The notes beneath the pieces are model-generated. The model saw nothing but the letters and a program-made list of their open reading frames with translations, had not been told where the DNA came from and ran no database searches. The translations under genes and the position numbers were made by a program. A DNA stretch of 64,000 nt, taken from contig JADJZB010000006.1 in the NCBI GenBank assembly GCA_016719485.1, positions 27,375 to 91,374 on the forward strand. The letters run 5' to 3'. How positions within the stretch are numbered: the first letter of the stretch is position 1; the number at the start of each line of letters is the position of its first letter. Positions 41,501 through 55,347 of the stretch are shown in pieces. The stretch comes from Holophagales bacterium. GTDB lineage: Bacteria > Acidobacteriota > Thermoanaerobaculia > UBA5066.

Positions 41501-42154
41501 TCAGCCCTGGATTCTCTCGCGGGGAGGGTGCTTCTGCCCCGGCAGGAGCCCCTGTGCGAAGGCGACCGGCTCCACGCGGCGAAGGCCTCTCGCCTGGGAG
41601 GGCGTGACGAGAGGCCGGACGGCGTGGAGGCCGATCCACTCGCTGACGCCCCAGATGTCCTCCTCGCTGCGCTCCCAGTTCCGCCCGTCCACGCGCGAGA
41701 GGTCGATCGGGCGCGAGATCGCGCGGAGGGTCTTCTCCGCGTCGTCGTTGTAATAGCTCTCGAAGTAGCTCATCGCGAGCTCGCGAGGCGTGCGGTAGAC
41801 CGGGTCGCGGAAGCGCAGGCCGACGAACTTCGATTTGCCGACGGCCCCCCACGCGCCGCCGTCCTTCTTCTCCCGGAAGAGCGCGAGGAGGTGGTGCTCG
41901 TCGCGGACCGCGGCGAGGAGGAGTACGAGCGGCCGCCGCCCCTGGAACCGGAAAACGGCGGCCGCGAAGACGGCCGCCTCGAAGCACTGGGCCGTCTGGT
42001 CCCGCAGGACGCGGCGCGGCGATCGGCACGTCTCGCCGCCGTCCTCCCTGTTGTAGGGAAGCTCATCGACGAAGCGCTGGACGTCCTCGGGGCGGCGGAG
42101 CGTCCGGAGGACGTCCCGCTCCTCCACGCTCCACGTGCGATGTCGGCTGCTCAT
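41501..42154 (-). CDS. transglutaminase-like cysteine peptidase-fold protein (tentative)
   Basis: Cys TAQCFEAAVFAAAVFRFQG, His DEHHLLALF, Asp YYNDD in order expected for transglutaminase-like catalytic triad. Confidence 0.45.
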   Translation of the reverse strand: MSSRHRTWSVEERDVLRTLRRPEDVQRFVDELPYNREDGGETCRSPRRVLRDQTAQCFEAAVFAAAVFRFQGRRPLVLLLAAVRDEHHLLALFREKKDGGAWGAVGKSKFVGLRFRDPVYRTPRELAMSYFESYYNDDAEKTLRAISRPIDLSRVDGRNWERSEEDIWGVSEWIGLHAVRPLVTPSQARGLRRVEPVAFAQGLLPGQKHPPRERIQG

Positions 42155-42260
42155 GCCCGCGCAGGTTACCGTGGACGCAGGCAACCGCCGGCCTCGACCT
42201 GCCGGCGTGGAAGCGGAGCCAGGCGCCCGATGAGCCCGGGGAGTCACCGCTACGCCGGGC

Positions 42261-42926
42261 TCACCCCTGCCGCCGCACCATCTCGTTGATCCAGATCGGG
42301 GCGAAGGGTGAGGTACAGCCCTTGGAGACCGGATAGTCGCGGTAGATTCCCAGGGTTTCGCCGATCGCGATGGCGCGTTTGCGGAGCGCGGGAAAGTGAA
42401 TCCCTATCGCCGCCAGGGTGGCGTTCATCGTCCACTGGACTTCCGAAGCGGCGCCTCCCATCTCGGACTCGATGCGCGCCAGGAGGGCCGGCACGTCGAG
42501 CCCTTCCGGACTCCTGGCGATGCGTCCGGCGGTCAGTCCCCATCCGGCGCGGGCGGCCCAGGGATCGTCGTCGGCCATCCACGCCTGGCGCAAGGCCTCC
42601 TTCTCGGGATGCTCCTTGAGGACATAGGAGCTGAGCCAGTCTGCCAGCTGCGCGAACCCGACGGACCGCACCATCCGATCCATCTCGCCGCCAGACAGCT
42701 TCCGTGGCTCGATCACGAGGGTGGCCAGGAGCCGGGCGTCGATGTTTCCCGTCTCCCAGAGCGCGAGGGCCAGCGCGTGATCGGTCTTGATCGCGGCGGC
42801 GAGCTTTCGGATATCACCGAGCAGAACGCCGAACTGACTCTCGCCGGCGCCCCTCTTCCTGTTCTGCGCTCGCATCTTTTCGCTGCCGAGCGCCTCGAGC
42901 TTGCCGAGCGCTTCGTCGAGGGTCAT
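42261..42926 (-). CDS. DNA alkylation repair protein (AlkD/AlkC HEAT-like repeat family)
   Basis: 221 aa with HEAT-like repeats and WxxxD/ETG-type motifs; ATG 42926 overlaps upstream stop (ATGA). Confidence 0.7.
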   Translation of the reverse strand: MTLDEALGKLEALGSEKMRAQNRKRGAGESQFGVLLGDIRKLAAAIKTDHALALALWETGNIDARLLATLVIEPRKLSGGEMDRMVRSVGFAQLADWLSSYVLKEHPEKEALRQAWMADDDPWAARAGWGLTAGRIARSPEGLDVPALLARIESEMGGAASEVQWTMNATLAAIGIHFPALRKRAIAIGETLGIYRDYPVSKGCTSPFAPIWINEMVRRQG

Positions 42927-43281
42927 GGTCGCTGGCCCATGCACGCCGCGGGTGGATCGACGAGCGCGATGGAAGCCGTCCCTCCGGCGGGGATCGACGC
43001 CAGCGGATCGAGCGCGCCGACGGCGCTGGCTGCGAAGACGTCGTTCCCTGCGGAGTGAGGGGGGGCCGGGGTCAGGAGAGGACCTGGGGGGGCGAGGGGC
43101 GGGTCGTTTGGGTCCGTCGGCACGGACCACCACACTGCCATCGAGATGGCACCGGGTGACGGTGATCTTCAGGGTGGTGCGAGCCCGTGACGTCGCGTCC
43201 GGCTCGGTGGGCGAGGAGCCACACGAGGCAAGCGACGACGCAACCGGCAGGGCCACGGCGAGGAGAAGGGCACGCTTCATG
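42923..43281 (-). pseudogene. small lipoprotein, apparent frameshift near 43130-43141
   Basis: gcaaggag RBS + ATG 43281, lipobox LASC; frame after ...TVTRCHLDG runs into the downstream gene without stop, whereas adjacent frame (ORF 42923..43141) ends at a stop overlapping the alkD-like ATG; C7/G7 homopolymers nearby. Confidence 0.35.
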
Positions 43282-43377
43282 ACGGGCTCCTTGCGGCTGC
43301 GAGAAAGTATAGGCGAAGGACCCCGACGGGCCCGAGCTGCCGAGCTCCGATTGACGGGATCGACCTCTCCGGATATG

Positions 43378-43400
43378 TTCCTACTTGCGGCTAATCCGCA
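43378..43400. promoter_or_regulatory. palindromic operator candidate upstream of fur-like gene
   Basis: cctacTTGCGGcTAATcCGCAActagg imperfect 11-bp inverted repeat 10 nt before the fur-like ATG. Confidence 0.4.
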
Positions 43401-43410
43401 ACTAGGAAGT

Positions 43411-46104
<2,694 letters not shown>

Positions 46105-46135
46105 TCGTCGCGGTGGCGGCAGGGGATCGAGCCGT

Positions 46136-47668
46136 TCAGAGCTCCAGCTCGATCCCCTGCGCCAGCTCGATCCGGCCGCTGAAGTTCAGGGCGTTCGTCT
46201 GGCGGCGCATGTAGGCCTTCCAGGCGTCGGAGCCGCTCTCGCGCCCGCCCCCGGTCTCCTTCTCGCCCCCGAACGCCCCGCCGATCTCGGCGCCGCTCGT
46301 TCCGGTGTTGACGTTCGCGATCCCGCAGTCGCTCCCCTCGACGGAAAGGAAGATCTCGCTCTCGACGAAGTCGTTCGTGATGATGGCGCTGGAGAGGCCC
46401 TGGGGCACCCCGTTCTGCAGCGCGATCGCCTCCTCCAGGGTCCGGTACGGCATGACGTAGACCACAGGGGCGAAGGTCTCCTCCTGGACGATGGGCAGGT
46501 TGCCCGCCACCTCCACCAGGCACGGCGTCACGTAGCAGCCACCGGGGAGGTCCAGCCTCTCGCCGCCGCAGGCCACGCGCGCGCCCTGGCCCTTCGCCGT
46601 CTCGATGGCCTGCAGCATGGTCACCACGGCCGAGCCGTCCACCAGGGGCCCCATGAGGTGCTCGTCGTCGAGCGGGTCGCCGATCGTCGTCGCCTCGTAG
46701 AGCGCCTTCAGGCGCTCCACGAAGGTCTCGTAGATCGACGCGTGCACGATGACCCGCCGCGTCGACGTGCAGCGCTGGCCGGATGTTCCGATGGCGCCGA
46801 AGTAGATGGCCTTGAGGGCGATCTCGAGGTCGCCCTTCTCGCTCACGATCACCGCGTTGTTGCCGCCCAGCTCGAGGATCAGGCGGCCGAAGCGTTCCTG
46901 CACGAGCTTGCCCACGTGACGGCCGCCGGGCACGGAGCCGGTGTAGGAGACGAGCGCCACCCGGGGGTCGGTGTTGATCAGGTCGCCGATGTCGCTCCCC
47001 CTCCCGATCGCCAGGCTGCAGATGGCCGGGTCGAAGCCGTGCCGCTCGAGCACGCGCTGCGCGAGGTGCGTGACGGCGAGGGCGGTGAGGGGTGTCTTGC
47101 TGGAGGGCTTCCAGAGCACGGTGTCGCCGCAGACGAGCGCGAGCGCGGCGTTCCAGCTCCAGACGGCGACGGGGAAGTTGAACGCGGTGATGACGCCGAC
47201 GACGCCCAGCGGGTGCCACTGCTCCTGGAGCCGGTGCCGGCGCCGCTCGCTGGGCATGGTCAGCCCGTAGAGCTGCCGGCTGAGGCCGACGGCGAAGTCG
47301 CAGATGTCGATCATCTCCTGGACCTCGCCGAGGCCCTCGCGGAGCGTCTTGCCCATCTCGAGGGAGACGAGCCGGGCGAGGGCGTCCTTGTGGAGCCGCA
47401 GCTCGTCGCCGATCGCCTTGACCACCTCGCCCCGCTTGGGAGCCGGGACCGTCCGCCAGCCGGCGAAGGCACCGTGGCAGCGGGCGAGAATCGTGTCGAA
47501 CTCGTCCTTCGTGACGTTCACCACCGTGGCCAGGAGCTCGCCGTCCACCGGGGAGACCACCGCCTGGGCCTTGCCGCTGCCGATCCACTCGCCCGCGAAG
47601 CCGCCGAGGTTCCGCTCTTCGATTCCCAGTCCGGAAAGGATGCTCGCCGTCTTCTGCGTCGTGGCCAT
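46136..47668 (-). CDS. aldehyde dehydrogenase, ALDH7/antiquitin-like (aminoadipate/piperideine-6-carboxylate semialdehyde dehydrogenase type)
   Basis: ggaggt RBS + ATG 47668; LVSLEMGKTLREGLGEVQEMIDICDFAVGLSR, ITAFNFPVAVWSWN, catalytic ELGGNNAVIV...GTSGQRCTS. Confidence 0.85.
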   Translation of the reverse strand: MATTQKTASILSGLGIEERNLGGFAGEWIGSGKAQAVVSPVDGELLATVVNVTKDEFDTILARCHGAFAGWRTVPAPKRGEVVKAIGDELRLHKDALARLVSLEMGKTLREGLGEVQEMIDICDFAVGLSRQLYGLTMPSERRRHRLQEQWHPLGVVGVITAFNFPVAVWSWNAALALVCGDTVLWKPSSKTPLTALAVTHLAQRVLERHGFDPAICSLAIGRGSDIGDLINTDPRVALVSYTGSVPGGRHVGKLVQERFGRLILELGGNNAVIVSEKGDLEIALKAIYFGAIGTSGQRCTSTRRVIVHASIYETFVERLKALYEATTIGDPLDDEHLMGPLVDGSAVVTMLQAIETAKGQGARVACGGERLDLPGGCYVTPCLVEVAGNLPIVQEETFAPVVYVMPYRTLEEAIALQNGVPQGLSSAIITNDFVESEIFLSVEGSDCGIANVNTGTSGAEIGGAFGGEKETGGGRESGSDAWKAYMRRQTNALNFSGRIELAQGIELEL

Positions 47669-47770
47669 GTCCCGTACCTCCAGGGCGCCCGTTATAGAGG
47701 GTCGTGAGCTATTCACATAGCTCATTGTTTTCATCCATTGAATGACTACGAGTCATGAGGCGCCGCGGGC

Positions 47771-48529
47771 TCAGACGAGGCCGAGATCCTCGGCGAGGAG
47801 CGCGTAGTCGACCGCGCCCCGCGCGGAGGGGTCGAGCTCGTAGATCGTCTTTCCCGTCCGGGGTGCTTCGGCGAGCGCCGCGTTGATCCGGATGGGGGAC
47901 AGGATCTTCGTGAATCTCTCGCGGATCGCGTCGAGCGTCTCGTCCGACACGCGGGTCCTCAGGTCGTAGAAGGTCGGCAGGACGCCGTCGATCCGCAGCG
48001 GCTTCGGCCGGTCCGCGTCGATTGCCGCCACGAACCGCTTCGTGCGCTCGAGGGCGGGCAGCGAGAGCGGCTCGAGCTTGGCAGGCAGGATGAGCTCGTG
48101 GGCGGCGAACCAGGCGTTCTCGAGGAGGAGCGAGGCGGAGGGAGGGCAGTCGAGGAGGACGACGTCGTAGTCCTCCCCGTCGAGGTCCCCGAGGCGCCGC
48201 TCGAGCCTGTGACGCCGCTTTTCCTTCCCCTTCTCGCGCAGCTGGTCCTCCGCGGCCAGGAGCCGGGCTCCCGCCACGACCACGTCGAGGTTCGGCCGGT
48301 TCTCTCGCGCGACGACGTCCTCGAACGCCGCCTCACCGACGAGCCAGGCGTCGAGGCCCACGTCGCCGCCGAGCCCGATCGAAGAGCCCACGCACCCCTG
48401 CGGGTCGACGTCCACGAGCAGTACCCTGCGCCCGGCCCGCGCGCAGGCGGCCGCCAGGTTGACGGCCGTGGTCGTCTTTCCCACGCCGCCCTTGAGGGCG
48501 GAGATCGCGAGGAGCCGTCTTTTTCGCAT
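47771..48529 (-). CDS. ParA/MinD-family ATPase (no parB partner in window)
   Basis: deviant Walker A KGGVGKTTTAVNLAAA; 252 aa. Confidence 0.7.
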   Translation of the reverse strand: MRKRRLLAISALKGGVGKTTTAVNLAAACARAGRRVLLVDVDPQGCVGSSIGLGGDVGLDAWLVGEAAFEDVVARENRPNLDVVVAGARLLAAEDQLREKGKEKRRHRLERRLGDLDGEDYDVVLLDCPPSASLLLENAWFAAHELILPAKLEPLSLPALERTKRFVAAIDADRPKPLRIDGVLPTFYDLRTRVSDETLDAIRERFTKILSPIRINAALAEAPRTGKTIYELDPSARGAVDYALLAEDLGLV

Positions 48530-48593
48530 CGGAGACCGCCGGAATTCTGACACGGTGACGTCCGCCGGCTCGAACCGGCGCGCCGGCGGGCTG

Positions 48594-49607
<1,014 letters not shown>

Positions 49608-49621
49608 CTATGGAGTGGGGC

Positions 49622-50278
49622 TCACCAGGGGGACCCGTAGAGCCCCTTGACGAGGATCCAGGCGGAAAGCCCGATGAGAAGGCCCCCGCTCACCAGTCTC
49701 ACGAGCAGGGGTCGGGTGCGCAGGAAAGAGGTCTTCTCCCGAAAGGCCTGGGAGGCGTACGCCGCGACGAGCATCGGCAGCGCGAACCCGAGGCTGTAGA
49801 AGCCGAGGAGTGCCATGCCTTCGCCCAGCTGGGCCCTGGCCGCGACCATGCCGAGGATCGCGCTGAGGAACGGGCCGACGCAGGGGATCCAGACGAGCCC
49901 GAGAGACGCGCCCAGGACTGCGCCCGACCAGAGACCTTTCGTGCGATTCGCGGAGATGCCGACCTGCAAGCGTTTGAACGGGTTGACGTCCGCCAGGACG
50001 AGGATGCCGATGACGCCGATGAGGACGGCGACCGGCTTCTCCAGTCGCACGAGGAGCGGCCCGACCACGGCGCCGAAGAGCGACGAGAGGGCCCCCATGA
50101 GAACGAATGCGGACATCAGCCCGGTCACGATCGCGAGCGGGCGGAACCGGTGCTCTCCCGGCTGGCCCGCCATCACGATCGGCAGAACCGGAAGGACGCA
50201 CGGGGAGACGATGCTGGCGAGGCCCGCTCCGATGGCGAAGACGGCGTTGGCCAGGCTGAACCCGGCGGGCGAATCCAC
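49622..50278 (-). CDS. ccdA: cytochrome c biogenesis/thiol-disulfide electron transporter CcdA (DsbD beta-domain homolog)
   Basis: SPCVLPVLP and IPCVGPFL Cys motifs in TM1/TM4, 6 TM. Confidence 0.75.
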   Translation of the reverse strand: MDSPAGFSLANAVFAIGAGLASIVSPCVLPVLPIVMAGQPGEHRFRPLAIVTGLMSAFVLMGALSSLFGAVVGPLLVRLEKPVAVLIGVIGILVLADVNPFKRLQVGISANRTKGLWSGAVLGASLGLVWIPCVGPFLSAILGMVAARAQLGEGMALLGFYSLGFALPMLVAAYASQAFREKTSFLRTRPLLVRLVSGGLLIGLSAWILVKGLYGSPW

Positions 50279-50293
50279 TCCGGCGCCCCCGAC

Positions 50294-50707
50294 TCAGCGG
50301 CCCGACTTCTCGCGGATGCCCGACAGGATGGTCTCGGCCGACTGGATACCGGGGGAGTAGCGGTGAACCTCCCTGCCGTCGGCACCGACGAGGATCAGGT
50401 TCGGGAGGGAGCGGACGCCGAACCTGTAGAAGGCCTCGCGGTCGGCGGGGACGTCCGTGCGGACGTAGCGAAGGGCCGCGAGCGGCTCCCACCGGGCCCG
50501 GCTCGCCACGAGGATCTCGTCCTGGGTGCGGCACGGGCTGCCGCCCGGATTCATGAAGAAGTAGAGGGTCGGCTTGGGTGCGCTCGGCGTCGACGGCTTC
50601 GTCCCGGAAGGCGGGGCCGGCGCAGCGCCAAGGGGGACCGACACGACGGCCGCGAGGAGAACGAGCAGGAAACGGCCGGGGGTGAAGGGTCTCCGTGTAG
50701 AGGTCAT
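50294..50707 (-). CDS. thioredoxin-fold periplasmic protein (TlpA/ResA-like, single Cys SPC)
   Basis: signal peptide; NPGGSPC in place of CxxC; adjacent to ccdA. Confidence 0.5.
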   Translation of the reverse strand: MTSTRRPFTPGRFLLVLLAAVVSVPLGAAPAPPSGTKPSTPSAPKPTLYFFMNPGGSPCRTQDEILVASRARWEPLAALRYVRTDVPADREAFYRFGVRSLPNLILVGADGREVHRYSPGIQSAETILSGIREKSGR

Positions 50708-50760
50708 GTCGCCCCCCCCGGGGGGGGCCGGGGGAGAGGGGGGGGCCCCCGCCGCCCCCG
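50706..50760. repeat. G/C homopolymer-block low-complexity tract
   Basis: gccccccccggggggggccgggggagaggggggggcccccgccgcccccg: runs C8 G8 .. G5 .. G8 C5 .. C5 in a 55-nt intergenic gap. Confidence 0.6.
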
Positions 50761-50768
50761 TCAGGGCG

Positions 50769-51164
50769 TCAGACCGCGACGGTGTGGATCGCCGGCGCTT
50801 CCACCAGGTGCCTCTTCACGGCGCACTGGTCGGCGGCGCGGACGACGGCGGTCCGGTACTTCTCGGGAAAGCCGGGGGGAAGGGAGATCTGGATCCTGAT
50901 GTCGGAAATGAGCTTCGTGTCGGGGTTGCGCTCCCAGGCCATCGAGACGGACATCCCCTCGGTGGGGATCTCCCTTTCCTGGCAGAACCGCAGCGCGTAG
51001 AACCCGGCGCAGGTGCCGATCGAGGCCAGGAAGAGCTCGAAGGGGGCGGGTGCCGTTCCGCCGCCTCCGTGGCGCACGGGCTGGTCGGTCCTGATCGTGG
51101 TCCCCTCGAAGTGAGCCTCGACGGCGACGCCTCCCGGGAAAGTGATCTCCATGTTGCTGGCCAT
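50769..51164 (-). CDS. OsmC/Ohr-family peroxiredoxin
   Basis: two-Cys pattern ASIGTCAGF ... AADQCAVK, ~130 aa. Confidence 0.75.
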   Translation of the reverse strand: MASNMEITFPGGVAVEAHFEGTTIRTDQPVRHGGGGTAPAPFELFLASIGTCAGFYALRFCQEREIPTEGMSVSMAWERNPDTKLISDIRIQISLPPGFPEKYRTAVVRAADQCAVKRHLVEAPAIHTVAV

Positions 51165-51233
51165 CGGTTCCGTTCCCCTTCTCGATGTGGGTGCTGGCGG
51201 CAGGTCCGCCCCGGGAAGCATAGCACTAAATGG

Positions 51234-53021
51234 TTATATAGTTATGTCGACGGGGCCGTACATGGCGTCGATGGTGTCGCCGTAGTGCTGCTCGACCACG
51301 CGCCGCCGGACCTTGAGGGTGGGCGTGAGCTCCCCGGCGTCCTGCGTCAGCTCCCGCGGCAGCACCTTGAAGCGCTTGATCTGCTCGTAGCCGGCGAGCT
51401 CGCTCGAGCGCTCGAGAAGGACTTGCCTGTAGATGGCCTCGACCTCGGGACGGTTCGCCAGCTCCTCGCGCGAGGAGAAGGGGATCCCGTCCTTCCTCGC
51501 GCGCTCCTCGAGCGCCGGGAAGTTCGGCACGATGAGGGCGCTGAGGAAGCTCCGCCGGTCGCCGATGACGACGACCTGCTCGAGCAGGGGGTGCCCGGCG
51601 AGCATCCCTTCGACGCGCTGGGGCGCGACGTTCTTGCCCTGCGAGGTGATGATGAGGTCCTTGATGCGATCCGTGATGCGCAGGTAGCCGTCCGGCTCGA
51701 GCACGCCGACGTCGCCGGTCTTGAACCACCCGTCCTGGAACGCCGCGGCGGTCTCGGCGGGCTTGCCCCAGTAGCCCTTCATCACGTTGTCGCCACGCAC
51801 CTGCACCTCGCCCGCGTCGCCGATCCGCACCTCGCAGCCCGGGATGGGGCGGCCGACGGTGCCGAAGCGGAAGGCGCCGGGTGCGTTGCAGGTGACCATG
51901 GGCGAGGTCTCGGTGAGGCCGTAGCCCTGGCAGACGAGGAGGCCCACCGAAAGGAAGAACTCTTCGATCTCCTTGCTCAGCGGCGCGCCGCCGGCCGAGA
52001 AGAACCTCTTGTCGCCGCCCACGGCCTCCCTGATCTTCGAGAGGACCAGCTTGTCGGCGAGCGCGTGCCGCACCCTGAGCGCAGGGCTCACCCGCTGGCC
52101 GGTGCGGCTCGCGTGCTCGAAAGCCGAGCCCACGCCGAGCGCCCAGCGGAACAGGCGCCTGCGCAGGGGCGAGCTCTTCGAGACGCGGTCCTGTATGGCG
52201 GCGAAGACCTTCTCGTAGAGCCGCGGGACGCTCACCATCGCGGTGGGCCGGACCTCGGGCATGGCCGTGACGGCGTCCTTGGGGTCACGCACGTACACGT
52301 TGGCCGCGCCGCTGCGAAATACGAAGTACGACCAGGCGCGCTCGTAGACGTGGCTCAGCGGCAGGAAGCAGAGGCTGCGGTCCTCGGGGCCGAACTCGAA
52401 ACGCTCGTCGAGAGCGCGGAACTGCGAAGCGAAGTTGGCATGGGTGAGCATGGCGCCCTTGCGGTCGCCCGTGGTCCCCGAGGTGTAGATGATGGTGGCG
52501 AGGTCCTCGAGCCTCGCCGCGGCCAGGCGGGTCTCGACCTGGGCGGCGCTCTCGGGCGTGGCGCGGGCGAGGAAGTCGGCGAGCGACGAGGAGCGTGGAC
52601 CGGAAAGGCGCGTCGCCGGGTCGAACGCGACGAGCGCGGGCGCGCCCGACTCGAACGCCATCACCTTGTCGTGCTGCTCTTGTCCGCCGACGAAGACGAG
52701 CTTCGCGCCGGAGTCGAGGAAGACCTGCTCCGCCTGCTTGCTCGTGTCCGTCGCGTAGATGGGCACGCCGACGGCGCCGGCCATCAGCACACCGAAGTCG
52801 GCGATGGCCCAGTCGGGTCCGTTCGGCGCGAAGATCGCCACCCGGTCTCCGGCTGCGATGCCGGCGCTGACCAGGGCGCGCGCCATGGCCTCGACGCGCG
52901 TTGCGAGCTCGGCGTAGGTGATGGAGCGCCAGCCCTGGGGGTCGCGGGTGCGCATCGCCTCACGCGGGCCGAAACGAGCCGCCGATTCCCGGATCAGGCG
53001 TGACAGATGGACCAGAGCCAT
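51234..53021 (-). CDS. long-chain-fatty-acid--CoA ligase (AMP-binding, FadD-like)
   Basis: gggagga RBS + ATG 53021; AMP-binding IIYTSGTTGDRKGAML, GYGLTET, ...GDVG..DGYL..DRIKD. Confidence 0.85.
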   Translation of the reverse strand: MALVHLSRLIRESAARFGPREAMRTRDPQGWRSITYAELATRVEAMARALVSAGIAAGDRVAIFAPNGPDWAIADFGVLMAGAVGVPIYATDTSKQAEQVFLDSGAKLVFVGGQEQHDKVMAFESGAPALVAFDPATRLSGPRSSSLADFLARATPESAAQVETRLAAARLEDLATIIYTSGTTGDRKGAMLTHANFASQFRALDERFEFGPEDRSLCFLPLSHVYERAWSYFVFRSGAANVYVRDPKDAVTAMPEVRPTAMVSVPRLYEKVFAAIQDRVSKSSPLRRRLFRWALGVGSAFEHASRTGQRVSPALRVRHALADKLVLSKIREAVGGDKRFFSAGGAPLSKEIEEFFLSVGLLVCQGYGLTETSPMVTCNAPGAFRFGTVGRPIPGCEVRIGDAGEVQVRGDNVMKGYWGKPAETAAAFQDGWFKTGDVGVLEPDGYLRITDRIKDLIITSQGKNVAPQRVEGMLAGHPLLEQVVVIGDRRSFLSALIVPNFPALEERARKDGIPFSSREELANRPEVEAIYRQVLLERSSELAGYEQIKRFKVLPRELTQDAGELTPTLKVRRRVVEQHYGDTIDAMYGPVDITI

Positions 53022-53071
53022 GGTGCTCCTCCCTTCGGTTGTGACGGGGTGCTCCCCGAGGTCGGCAGCCG

Positions 53072-55174
53072 TCATGGCCGCTTTCTCCGGGCCGGGGCCC
53101 GTCCCGCCCGGGTGGCCGCCTTCGGCGGCATCCGCGACGCCGCGGCCCGCGCCCGCGCGGCGAGCGCGAGCTCGCGCACGCGATCGATGTCCGCGTCGGA
53201 GTAGGGGCCGTTGACCCCGGAAATGGCGGCGAGCTGCATCCCGTGCTTGAGGCCGAGTCGGTAGATCTCGCGGACCTTCTCCCACTCGATGTCGCGGCCG
53301 ACCGTGTAGCTCTCGAACTTTCCCTCGAGCGCGAGGACGATCGTCTCGGCGAGGCAGGCGTAGGCGACGTTCTCCGGCAGGCCGATGTTCTTCATCTTCA
53401 CGTCGCCGGGAAGGTGGATCTCGCCCGACTCGATCACGAGGACGTCCGGGCGCTTTGCGACCTCGCTCGGCGGCAGGTCGAGCGGGCGCGCCACGTCGGT
53501 GATCACGCAACCGGGCTTGACCTTCATGATGTCGAGGATCTTCTTGCCGGCCCCCGAGGTCGCGGTGACGATCACGTCCATGTCGGCGATGTCCTTGTCG
53601 GCGCGCGACGAGAGGAAGAGCTTCGCGTCGGGTGTCTCCCTGAGGATCGACTCCTTGACCGAGAGGAGCTTGGCCGTCTCGGGCGACACCATGTAGACCT
53701 CGTCCGCGGCCATCGCCAGCAGGCGGGCGCAGACCGAGCCGATGGCCCCGGTGGCTCCCACGACCATCGCCTTCATCGCGATCTTCCCGTCGGGTTTCGG
53801 CGCGGGGAGGAGCCGGAGGCGCAGGAGCGCGTCGCGCGCCGCCCAGAGCGCGCCGGAGGCGCTGTAGCTGTTGCCGGTCGTGATCGGCAGGGGCGCCTGC
53901 CTCGCGACCGTGGCGCCCGCGTCGCCCACGACCTTCGTGAAGGCGCCCAGGCCCATGATCTGCGCGCCGAGCTGCTTGGCGATCTTCGCGGCGTCCAGCA
54001 GGCGGCGGTACGTGAACTCCGGGTCGTGGCTCATGATCTCCCTCGGCGTTCCCCCGACGGAGATGAGCCAGCCTTCGGCCTCCACGCCGGTGGGGGACCG
54101 GATGCCGGTCACCTTCGAGTAGACGAAGGGCGGCATGTAGGCCATCGCCTTCTCGAGGGTGTCCATGAAGACCGGCGGCGACACCTGGGAGAGCAGCTCG
54201 ATCGGCTTGACCTTCTTGAAGTACTCCTGCGAGAGCGGGTGGATGACGAAGGCGAAGCGGTTGACGCGCTTGAAGCCGTTGGGGTAGAGGACCCGCGGCT
54301 CGACCTCCAGCCGGGTGAGGATCTCCAGGTAGTCGTCCTCGAGGAGCTCCCCGGGCCGCTTGCCCGTCGCCGCGATGATCATGGCGTCCAGGAGACTCGG
54401 CGCGATCACGTGGTCGAACAGGAACGGCGACCCGTCGACCACCATCGCGACGCCCTTGTCCCTCAGCTTCGCGAGGCGCTCGTCGCCGACGGTGGAGGTG
54501 ACGACGGTCTTGCCGGCGAGGTCATCCCGGTCGAAGTCGTCGAGGTCGTGTACGGGGGCCACGACGACCGTGGCCCCGTGGATCGCCTTTCGCAGCAGGA
54601 AGCGGCTCCACTCCTTCATCAGGTCCGACGACATCACCCCGGGCAATGCCCAGTCGAGCACGTGGTGGGCGCCGGCGGAGTAGAGCCGGAGCGCGTCCAG
54701 CGAGGTCAGGAGCTTGGGGATGCCGAGCTGGAGCAGCGGATCGGCGAAACTGACGTTCTGCGTGTACTCGTGCACGGTCTGCGCGAGCTTGAGGTTCGAC
54801 ATTCCCGAGAAGAAGAGGACGTTGGCGTTCGTGAAGTAGGAGCCGAGCGTGTTCTGGACGTGGCGCACGGCCCATTCCTGGAGGATGTCGGCGAGGCGCG
54901 ATCCCGAGGTGACGGGGACGCGCGTCACGGCGCTCGTCAGCTGCGCGATGTCCTTCTCCTGGTAGCGCCGCGAGGGAAGCGTGTACCTGTCGTTCACGAC
55001 GCCGATGCCGATCGCGTCGGCGGTCCGCTCCCAGCTCTTCAACAAAGCCACGGTCTTGGTCATGCTGGCGTCCGTCCCGAGCCGCCACACCTTGAGACGC
55101 CGGCCCAGAAAGTCCGTCTCGAGCTCGAAGTTGTGCTCGCCCGAGCCCAGGCTGACGCCAACGGCTGTCTTCAT
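53072..55174 (-). CDS. large two-part protein with C-terminal NAD(P)-binding Rossmann domain; N-part of unknown fold
   Basis: gggagga RBS + ATG 55174; MVVGATGAIGSV Rossmann glycine motif near residue 470; N-terminal ~450 aa not recognised (vaguely AroM-like); 700 aa. Confidence 0.45.
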   Translation of the reverse strand: MKTAVGVSLGSGEHNFELETDFLGRRLKVWRLGTDASMTKTVALLKSWERTADAIGIGVVNDRYTLPSRRYQEKDIAQLTSAVTRVPVTSGSRLADILQEWAVRHVQNTLGSYFTNANVLFFSGMSNLKLAQTVHEYTQNVSFADPLLQLGIPKLLTSLDALRLYSAGAHHVLDWALPGVMSSDLMKEWSRFLLRKAIHGATVVVAPVHDLDDFDRDDLAGKTVVTSTVGDERLAKLRDKGVAMVVDGSPFLFDHVIAPSLLDAMIIAATGKRPGELLEDDYLEILTRLEVEPRVLYPNGFKRVNRFAFVIHPLSQEYFKKVKPIELLSQVSPPVFMDTLEKAMAYMPPFVYSKVTGIRSPTGVEAEGWLISVGGTPREIMSHDPEFTYRRLLDAAKIAKQLGAQIMGLGAFTKVVGDAGATVARQAPLPITTGNSYSASGALWAARDALLRLRLLPAPKPDGKIAMKAMVVGATGAIGSVCARLLAMAADEVYMVSPETAKLLSVKESILRETPDAKLFLSSRADKDIADMDVIVTATSGAGKKILDIMKVKPGCVITDVARPLDLPPSEVAKRPDVLVIESGEIHLPGDVKMKNIGLPENVAYACLAETIVLALEGKFESYTVGRDIEWEKVREIYRLGLKHGMQLAAISGVNGPYSDADIDRVRELALAARARAAASRMPPKAATRAGRAPARRKRP

Positions 55175-55347
55175 CTCGTCCTCCCGCCGGGGCCCGTCTT
55201 CGGGGGTGGGCACGTCGAACCGGCGCTTCGCCCGAGCGGACCGGGTGCCCTCGGAATCGTAGCGCGTGTCGTTGCCGTTGCGTGCGTTCGCGGAGATAAC
55301 ATCGACCCGGGGGCTCGGGCACGAGACGGCCTCGAGGAGCGCGCGGG

